Of a DNA stretch of 64,000 nucleotides, positions 54,849 to 64,000 are shown in pieces. The stretch lies in NCBI GenBank assembly GCA_949358305.1, contig OX442314.1, forward strand, positions 12,462,001 through 12,526,000. The letters run 5' to 3'. A model generated the notes under the pieces. The model saw nothing but the letters and a program-made list of their open reading frames with translations, made no database searches and was not told where the DNA came from. Origin of the DNA: Strigamia acuminata. Its lineage: Eukaryota. Every line of letters starts with the position of its first letter. Positions within the stretch are counted from its first letter, which is position 1. The position numbers and the translations under genes were made by a program.

Positions 54849-55699
54849 TAGGGATGAGAACGGGACTAATTCTTGGGTCCCGACCCATCTCGTGTCCCGA
54901 AATCTGCCTATTTTTCCAGCCCCGACCCGTCCCGTGTCCCGAAATGTGCTAATCAAATCAAATCAAAAATCTACCCTACCATCACTTATGCCTCCCAGTT
55001 TTGGAACTCAACGTCGGCTCGTTTCAAGGCCCAACTCATAACGGCATACAACCGTGTTTTCCGTACTGCTTTTAAATTCTATGACAGGACCCACATCACT
55101 CCGCTCTGCAACAAATTACGTATTCTGACGCTGGACAACCTTCTCCTACTGAACGACCTGTCGTCGATCACGGACATTCTCCGGAATCCAGATCACCCCG
55201 CGCGTTTCATCGCTGACCACTACTGCTCGGACACGGAAACCCGCTCCACCCGTCGCCATAAGTTCGAAATCGCCGCAAGAATATCTAACTACCTGATGAA
55301 GTCTTACCCGTACCGCTGTGCCTCTGACTGGAACAACCTCCCCTACGAAGTCAGATCGACCATTTTTGACTGCTCGGTTACGAGATGTTGCTTCCACTGT
55401 AAGCACATGCACAGACGCCTTCGCAATCACCTCCTGACAATACAAAAAACTACCTAATCTCTGTCACCCCCTTTATTTTGTTTTTTTTCCTGTAATTTAC
55501 ACCCTGGGAGTGCTGTAGTACTTAATAAATAAATAATTTTTCCCGCCCCGACCCGTCCCGTGTCCCGAAATATGCCAATTTTTCGAGTTCCGACCTGTCT
55601 CGTGTCCCGAAATGTGCTGAATCCAGATTTATCCAGTCCCGTCCCGTCCCGAATCCCGCTGCGGGACCGGGACCGGTCCCGGTCCCGTTCTCATCCCTA
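54849..55699. mobile_element. hAT (Ac-like) non-autonomous element containing a LINE fragment
   Basis: TIR tagggatgagaacgggac / gtcccgttctcatcccta; 8-bp TSD aagtgcac at 54841-54848 and 55700-55707; cccgtcccg subterminal repeats. Confidence 0.9.
54956..55536 (+). mobile_element. 5'-truncated non-LTR retrotransposon (CR1/L2-like) 3' end
   Basis: Open frame IYPTITYASQFWN...AYNRVFRTAF...THITPLCNKLRILTLDNL...YRCASDWNNLPYEVR resembles the C-terminal part of LINE ORF2; ends in an (aata)n tail at about 55524-55536. Confidence 0.7.
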
Positions 55700-55875
55700 A
55701 AGTGCACCCCTTTTTTATTTTTATGTAATAAATTTTGTGTTTGTTTTTCAATTGCCCCAAACGTTTCAGTGTTTGTTTGTATCAGTATTTTACACTTATG
55801 ATTAAAAGTTCCTCTTTCTACGTAGTTGCGCGCAGTGCGGAGAGACGGTGAAAAAATGAGGTATACTTTCTCAAG

Positions 55876-56051
55876 TATACTCTTGTTCGACTCAAGAGTG
55901 TACCCTTCTCCCATTGGTAATATGGTATTACTACTACTAGGAGAAGTAGTTCTTATTTTTATTATTATTGTTACTACATTTTTGGATCACTACACCAGTG
56001 ATACGTCGGCCAATGGGAGAAGGGTACACTCTTGAGTCGAACAAGAGTATA
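55876..56051. mobile_element. MITE with 42-bp perfect TIR
   Basis: tatactcttgttcgactcaagagtgtacccttctcccattgg / ccaatgggagaagggtacactcttgagtcgaacaagagtata. Confidence 0.85.
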
Positions 56052-56088
56052 GAGAAGAAATAGTTTGCAATTTAAATAATCCATTTAT

Positions 56089-56275
56089 ACTAGGTTTACA
56101 TGCACTGAATATTTCGAGTGATGCGAAAATCTAATTGTTGTGTTTACATGCAGAAAATAATTTAATAAAAATAGTTTGAGTTCATTCGAATTAAACAACC
56201 TTCTGCGAGGGATTATTCACTATTCAAATAATCCTTGTCATCTCACTCGAAATATTCCGTGCATGTAAACTTAGT
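56089..56275. mobile_element. MITE with about 33-bp TIR
   Basis: actaggtttacatgcactgaatatttcgagtga / tcactcgaaatattccgtgcatgtaaacttagt (2 mismatches). Confidence 0.75.
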
Positions 56276-57467
56276 TTATATAGCAAGTAATAAATATTGC
56301 TAACAAACAAATGAAGCATAAAGCCGGAACTAAGACTTATAAAGCATTCCGCCGCAATTATCGAATATAACCCCTAGACACCTGCCGTTATTAAATTAAA
56401 TATAATATTCGAGGTTGCGACAAGTTTCGTCTTTGTGTTTATTATTTACAGCAAGAGAGTTCGTGACAGATCAGTAGACTCTGAACTGTCGTGTACAAAG
56501 AAATGGGTTAAGTATTTTGTCTCCCGTATAATTATTTTAGGACTAATTTCTTTTCAGTCTCGTAGGCTTAATTATCATTTGATGTTTATGGGCTTGTTTT
56601 TATTGAGGAAGTGGAATGGCTGTTTGGGATGATGAGACTTGTCTTCTCGATTGTTCCTTTGTGTCTCGTGTGTGGCCATCAGGGAATTACTTCAAAACAG
56701 AGAAAACAAAGTTCGAGAAAGAGGTCAAAGGGGTTAAACGAGTTTACAGAGAGGAAAGGAATAAAATTTTCTTTAAGGTTTGGAACAATCGATAACTTTT
56801 TTGATTTTTTTTTTTTTTTTTTAGATTTTTTTAATAAAAAGTTTTTTTTGTCAATAGTTTATCTTGAATTTAGGTTTCGAGTGGTAAATCCAACGATATG
56901 TGATCGGTTTTTCACCTCGCAAACCCTGAGATTGTAAAAATGGGCGCTCTATAGCTGAACTCTAAATTGGGGTCGATTAAACAAACGGAAAGGTGAAGGA
57001 CAGAAAAGTTTTAAAAATCTCAAAGGTATGAAGAAGTATTTTTTTTTGTTGATGGAATTGGTACCTTTTGTGCCTTTTGTACCTTTATTTCTGCTTTTTT
57101 GTGTCAATTCTATACAAGTTGCTTCTTAATCATTGCGTGAGTTGTGGAAGATATTATTTTTTTTTTTGTGCTATAATTATTGTGATGTAATTATAGTCGT
57201 TGGCAAACGTTCTTTGACCTTTCTAGTTTTTACAAAAAGTTTGCTACGTGTGATTAAGGCAATTAAAAAAAGGAAAAAGATTATATCAGAAAATTAAGGC
57301 AAAATAGTAGTGGTTTTCGGGTTGTGTGCACACAACACGCAATGAACAGATTGTTTTAATTTGGGGAATGTGTTGTATCTTTCAGTAAATTTAGTAAAAT
57401 GTAATTTGAAATGTGCGGATAGCATACCGGTAGTTTGATTAGTCAATGCACAGTAATTTGGTTAGAA

Positions 57468-57791
57468 CAGCGGTCGGCAACAGGCGGATCCAGACCGCGG
57501 AAGGTCGAAACTTGGACTGCGGTGACATTTTAGCGACGTTTTTCCCTCTGTTTCTTTGGTTTTTTGGTGTTTTTTTTTCTTGTTTTTCCTGTTTTTTTTT
57601 TCGTTTTTTTTTAGGTTTTATTGGTATTTTTTGGGTTGTGTCTCTTTATTGGGGGGTTTATTTGGTTTTTAAGTTTATTTTTTTCTGTTTTCTTAGGTTT
57701 TTAGTAAGGTTTTTAAGTGATTTTTTTCTGGACCTCGATAAAAATTTTCAATAGTATCCGGACCTCACTTAAAATTACTTGCCGACCCCTG
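57468..57791 (+). mobile_element. hAT-family MITE, full length
   Basis: TIR cagcggtcggcaa / ttgccgacccctg; 8-bp TSD ggttagaa at 57460-57467 and 57792-57799; second copy at 34160-34428. Confidence 0.9.
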
Positions 57792-60700
57792 GGTTAGAAT
57801 AAACATTTTGCTGTTTTTTAAATTTTTTTTTTAAGTGATGTAAGAGGTCGAGTGGAACGTAAAAGAAGTTACATCTTGCCACTACATCTTCATTAAAGAG
57901 AAACGCATAAAAATTTCGGGTGTAAATTAATTTATGGGGTGCGGGAAGGAGGAATTATAGTTGAATCTTGTTATTACGAACTTTGTTATGAAATTTTTTG
58001 CTATTTTTATAGTTATATAGGACCATTTTGTGAAATTACTTCTCATTATAACGAATTTTGCGTTTCATTGTTTAGGTCCAGCGAGAAAATTAATTACAAG
58101 GGAAATGTTTTTAAAAAAAAAAGATTTTGTTTTTTTAAATTTAATTTAAATTACATATTTTTTTGTTGTAAATATTCGGGGTGTATTTTCTACTTTTCTT
58201 CATTTTATTGTGTGATTACGACCTGTTTTGTGGGGTCATTGATTTTTACGTTGTCGGTGTCTGTTGAGATTAGATTTAAGACCGCGACACGAACTTTGTT
58301 CGACAAAATAGATTTTTCTTATTTTTTTCTATGAAATGAAAGCGACAGGAAAAGGACAGTTGGTGATAAATGTATCAAGAAATGTAATTAATCCCACTGA
58401 TTTCTTTTGCGAGTACTGGTACAGCTTTGAAGTGATTAATTCTAATTTATTCTTTTTTTCGAGGCTAAATTAATCATTGTGGGATTTTTTTTTATTGATT
58501 TGAAAACCGTTCTTTTGGCGCGTTTTCATTGAACTAACGTATTTAATAAGTCTTGTCAAGTGGTTTATGCATTTTTATTCCTCACTTTATTTGATACTAT
58601 TTGTTTGTCGGGCAAATCAGACAAATGAAAACGAGCAGTGGATTCGTATTCTCTTCAGGGTTTGCCTCAACTACTTTGAACAGACTTCGCACGAGTTTCG
58701 ATTAAATTAAGCTTTGTTTTTTCTTTTTCTCTCTCACAGCCGCACAGTACATCTACTGCCTAACGCTATCCACTAATTCCTTCCGACTCACCTTAACTGG
58801 CAGAAGGGGGAATCTAATTTCACACATGTCGTCTTCATTCTTTGACATTTCTCACTGGATTTCTCTACATTTAATATCGATTTAAAAGTTTCCACCGTGA
58901 AAAAGAAAATTATATTTTTTTTTTATATAATTAATTTGAGGTGGAAATACACTAGGTTAGTTTATAACAACTGCTTAAGGTTATACGGAGTTTTAAATAA
59001 GAAAAAGACTTTTTTTCTGAAAGATGATAAATCTTAATATGAAAAAAAAAATTTCATATTTCTAGAAGTCGTAGTTTTGCAATATAGCAAATGCTTGACG
59101 GCGAATATGAGAAAATAGATTAGTTTTTAGAAGATTGGAAGGAAAAAATGTAATCTACCTTACAGCAAACTGAAAGTTTGTTTTGATGCCTGGTGCGAGA
59201 TGATAGTATTTCTCTTTTAGTGGCACCACTGCAACTTCAATGCACTTGAAAAAGAATTTTTTTTTAAAAAATAAATTGAATTTATTACGATTGTTTATTG
59301 ATATTTTAGACAAATTGATTTCTTTTCATCCATTGGCTACTTGTTAACCCGATGATGCACAGTCGCTTGTGTGAAAAGTAAAATTTAGTGCTTGCTAAGT
59401 TGATATGAAGGAAGGAAGGAAAGACAATAAATTTCAATAAAGACATGTTGGAAATACGGTGTTGGAATTGATTAAAACAAATTCTTAATGGAAATTTAGT
59501 AGCGAAAGTTTGATAAATTTGTTTTCACTTGATTTTATCTTGACAGAAAAGATTAATGAATTTTATTTCTAGGGGGGAGGTGGGGGAGTTTCTTTTTTTA
59601 TTTTTAAATATGCAAATATTGAAGTTACACATTTTTTTCGTGGGTATCATAAGTCAAAAATCTTAGGTAACAATTATTCACGGTTTTTGAGTTTTCAAAG
59701 ACTGCTACATTGTGGGCAAGTCGTCGTCTTTAATGCCAGGTAGTGCTTTTACGGGTTGGTGAATTTTAACCGACATTCACTCAAGCATATAGTTTCAGAG
59801 TGAAAGTGAGCTTGATGGAAGTGCTTGCGAATAATGGTATTAAAATTTTCTAAGCAGACACGCATTCCAACAGTGAACTATGAAGTCATCTAGAAACCAC
59901 ATCAAAATAGGCACTGGGCTCTGCGAAGCAGTCACAAATTATCACCAGGTGATTGGTGTGGCTAACATTAATAATTGTGCATCACAATGCAAAATTCTGT
60001 GAAACATGTGTAAAGAATTGTTCAAGAATATACTGCAAAGTTGGATTTGCGTGGCAGGATGGGCATTGTTTATATTTGTCAAGGGAAATACAAGTATGCC
60101 TGGAGAAATTGGTGGAGCGAGAAGATGGAACAGGGAATGCATGTGACCACAAGTCATATGAGTTGAGAAATATTAGATTTACTCGTTTTCATTGATCCGT
60201 CTGAACCTGACTTTGTTAAGTAAATATTTCCTTAGGCAGATGACATGTATTTGGTCTTGTAGCGTTGTGACCTTCGAGCGACCAATGGTCACTTACTAAT
60301 GATTCGCAGCTCTTTCACATTTTGTGGGAAAAGGGCAAGGCAGTTTCAGAAATCGACATACGGACAATATTTGAAGTCAGTTTTACAAAATGTATTATTA
60401 TTATTTGCAAACCAATAGCATGCAAAAATGTATTACAAAATGCATTCTGTAAATAAACTGTAGTGACTAGACCAGACTTCTGTTACTATGGCTACGTCAA
60501 GATTGTGACCCTTATTCAGGCTGAATCCGCGATAACATCAACTAATGCAGTTGACCGGTAATCACGAGATCTGCGGTTCGATTCTCACTTGGATTTTTTA
60601 TTTAGCAACCAGACACGACCAGTTGTGCAGAATTTCCACTTTTTCGAATCGATTATTTTTCCGTTTATATCTATTTTCTTTCTTTTAGTAAATTGGCCAC

Positions 60701-61233
60701 TTGAGAATACGCGAAACATTTCCTCCGATATGCAGAATATCGTGTTCTTCTCTTCTTGGTTTATACTTTTGCTTTGAAGCACGAACGGAATACTTTGACA
60801 TAGGAATAAGAAGTGTATTAGAAGGCAAAAGAGTGCAAACGATTTGGAAGTAACGAGGACGATGCACCGCATTCCAACATCTTTTGAAACTTCTTCTTTG
60901 ATAAGCACTTCTAGCGTCCGTCCCTCCACGCTCACTCTCGCCAAAGAGTATAAACTCGAAGGCAGAGAAGAGAAGCGGGTTGAAGTGATAAGAAAACCAG
61001 TCGTTTACCTCGTGATGGTTTCGTACTCTCAAGTTGAGCCGTGTACTTGGTGTGTTTTGTGTTTATCATCTTTCACCGATTGTTAAAACTGTCGTCATAA
61101 AGGGGGAATTGGAGGCGACGCCATGATTATTATTGTTGTTTACTCTAAATAAACAATAACTGCTTCAAAATTGTACTTATGATCGAGATGTTTGCTACCG
61201 ATCTATCGGAAATCCAAGATGGCTGCCAACAAT

Positions 61234-61367
61234 ACCCGATTTGCACGAGTTTTCTCGTTAAACTAAGATTTAAACGACCTATTTTGGTCGTTTATTTTCA
61301 GCCCGTTTAAACCCATTTAAACGAGCCTTTAAACGAGAATCTCGTTTAAAAGTTCGTGCAAACGGGT
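61234..61367. mobile_element. Small MITE-like inverted-repeat element
   Basis: acccgatttgcacga / tcgtgcaaacgggt termini with internal tttaaacg repeats. Confidence 0.55.
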
Positions 61368-64000
61368 TTAAACGATCGTTTAGGAGTTATTGAATGCGCC
61401 TACTGTTCCAATGTAAGCTATTGCGTACGTGTGCTTTCATTTGCAATCGATCTAAATCAGTTTCAATTCTGTGACATCCGAACTGTAAGGTGACTTTTAA
61501 TTATTCTAAATACGATTTCGAGTTGTTTAAGTGCAACACCGGTGTCGAGATGTTGATTGACAATTGAATTTCACAGATAGGGAGAAATAGAAATAAGTAA
61601 ATGAAATTTGAGTGGGGGGGGGGGGGGGAAACTTTCTACGAAAGGCATCAAGTTGCAAACAGTACTCGTTTTCGCTCCCAGGTGGTGGTGAAAATGTATT
61701 CGAGATCGCTTTCGTACTGGGGAGGCAAATGCGTTTACACTCCTCTGGGCATGGATCTCTAACCGAATCTTGGGTTGCACTTTTCAAGATATTTTGTTAT
61801 AAGAATGTTTTTTGTTGTTTGGGAATGGGAAAAGAAAAAAAGCTTTGTTTTGTATTTTGTCTTCAGGGATGATTCTAGGGGTTAAAGAAGCGTTTAATGA
61901 GAAAATGGGACATTATTTTAGGAGAAAAGTAATTTGTTTTAATGGCTAGAGAGTTATTAAATGTTGTTCAATTTGCTTCTAATTGATTTTTACTGCTTTT
62001 TACTGAATTATTAAAACACTTGAAGGAGATACGGATCTCATCATTCTGAATCTGATTTATGGTTTTTTCATGAGTTATGAATAGAGTGGTTATTGATCAT
62101 TTTTATGAAGAATTCGTGAGTTGGGGATAAATGATCAAACATGTCGTGATCATAAAATGCGACTAAATAGACAATAAAAGTGGGGTAAAGTTGATTAAGG
62201 GCATTAAAAATGGCTTATGTTTGATGAAGAGTGCTTTCTAACGGTACATATATATATCATAATCGTCTTTTTATGTTGTGATAATAATATTATCATTTGA
62301 GGTTTACATTTAAATTTGGGATGATGGATGAAAAATGATTTTTACGACAAAGTGACACTGTGTGGGTTGGTTTTTTTGTGTCTGGTTTTGGCAGTTGTTT
62401 ACTGATATTTAAATTTGAAAGTTTTACTTTGGAAATGTTATTCTATCTGCGAGTAAAATCTTCACTGAAGGCAATGAATTGCAAGTTTGTAGTGACATTG
62501 ACCAATGGGGAGATAGAGAAAAAGAAAATGAAAAAGAAATTCCTGTGAGAGATCTGGAGAAAACAGGGTGACATCATTCAATTTTCAAGGAGATCAAGAA
62601 TTGGCCGACAGAAATTTTCATATTTGATTTTTACTTTATTTTTGATATTTTTTTGTTGTCATAGGAAATGTGCGATACAAAATGGTGACGAGTTCTTATG
62701 TCAATTGTTTGAGTGCTTTTTTGGTTGCCCACTTTAAAGGTTTCCACAATTTCGAGGTGCAGAAAGTAAGTTTTTACAAATTTAAATATATCGCCAGCAG
62801 GATTTAAGTATAAGCAAAATAAGCAGTTGCTTAGGGGCCCACCCACCGGTGGCTCCGGAATTCTATTGATAAAGTTATAACCGAACATTTGCATTTAGCA
62901 AATGTCCGACTTCTTTTAATAAAGCATATATTTTCATAGAATAAAAGTCTGAGTCATTCAACATAAGTTACGTAATTTTTTATATTTTTTAAAATTAAAT
63001 TTTTTTTGGGAGGGGCTAAAATATTTTGTGCTTAGGGGCGGGCCCCTCAATACCTAAATCCGGCCTTGGTTGGGTTGTATCGCAAACATAATTTAATCTT
63101 TAAATTCGAATTATTGAATTAAAAATTGAATGTTTGAAATCTGTTTTCAAACATGTAATTTCGCTGCCGATAAATTAATGAGATTCTCGCGTGCACCAAA
63201 CCGATTTACGAATTTTGATTCAATATTTATTTTTTTCTTCAAATGACTTTGATTGAAATAAACGTCAATTAATTTTAATTTCGATTTGTTTTGAGTGATA
63301 AAAGATAAAAAAAAAATCGATCGGAAAGAGAATTATTTTAGTTGGAAATAGCAATCAATGGAAAGTTGTTGATTGAATTTTCCGATCCAGTTGTAATGAT
63401 GTTGCCCGGCAATGGAAAACCTAAAGAGGAATTGAATGGATTGACTTCACCTCCGGGTGATTAAAATGGCGTTGAAGTGTAATTAAGGAGTGTAGAAGCA
63501 CTTAAACATGTCGCCTAAAGTCTGTTACAGGTGAAGCATGTTTTTATTTTTTATTTTTAACTTGTTTTTAAACCTTTGGTTGTCAAAAGTCAAACGTGTT
63601 TGCCTCTCGCTTGGGATGAGGCTACACTACAGTGTTATTAAAGCGTAAAATCTGATTAAGTTTAAAAGGATTTTTCAAGAAGATGAAAAAATCTATTTCC
63701 GGGCTGATGGATGTTTGATGTTGGATTTTTGCAATTTTTGAATTTAAATTTCTTACAAGATTAAAGTGGCCAACGATGGAATAAAGTGAACTTTTTATTT
63801 ATTTATTTATTTACTTTTTTTATTCGAGTAAACAATAGTTTTGTAGTGTACACACAAATGCCATCTATTCACATGTGAATTCATTTCAAGCCAATAAAAC
63901 GTAAAGCTGCTCGTTTTCTCGAGCGAAAAGGCAAGAAAAGTGGAAAAAAGAATGGTAAAAGTCCGTCTTTTTTTCTCTCTCTCCACCTCTTGTCTTCATT

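Noticed and set aside
57446..57754. Phe-rich, membrane-protein-like ORF
   Set aside because: Translation of the T-rich interior of the hAT MITE.
59942..61086. Cys-rich 80-aa ORF and overlapping 115-119 aa ORFs
   Set aside because: No recognisable family, mostly non-ATG starts, no supporting splice pattern.
62828..63070. Possible hAT MITE remnant (gcttaggggc repeats, aatccggccttg end)
   Set aside because: No matching left TIR or TSD found.

Overview
AT-rich eukaryotic, intron-containing DNA from an arthropod. A non-insect lineage such as a myriapod or chelicerate is plausible but not proven. Left to right: (1) the 5' part of a multi-exon ryanodine receptor gene on the minus strand (ATG at 11077, running off the window start), with a pair of mutually exclusive SPRY2 exons and candidate microexons; (2) a compact 5 kb cluster of three genes with uninterrupted coding regions, encoding BTB(-BACK) proteins that all begin with apparent signal peptides; two are tandem MATH-BTB (SPOP/roadkill-like) paralogs with divergent MATH regions, and the third has an unrecognised N-terminal region; (3) a Trim9 gene (17439-51535, +) whose introns hold an antisense intronless BC-box/LRR gene, a decayed Clp1 retrocopy fragment and an intact Ty1/copia element with identical LTRs and an MBD-like domain between integrase and reverse transcriptase; (4) a gene-poor tail with several MITEs. 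The strongest candidate for an undescribed system is the cluster of apparently secreted Cullin-adaptor-like proteins, followed by the MBD-bearing copia element with altered methyl-CpG-reading residues. All domain calls are by eye, with no database searches run.
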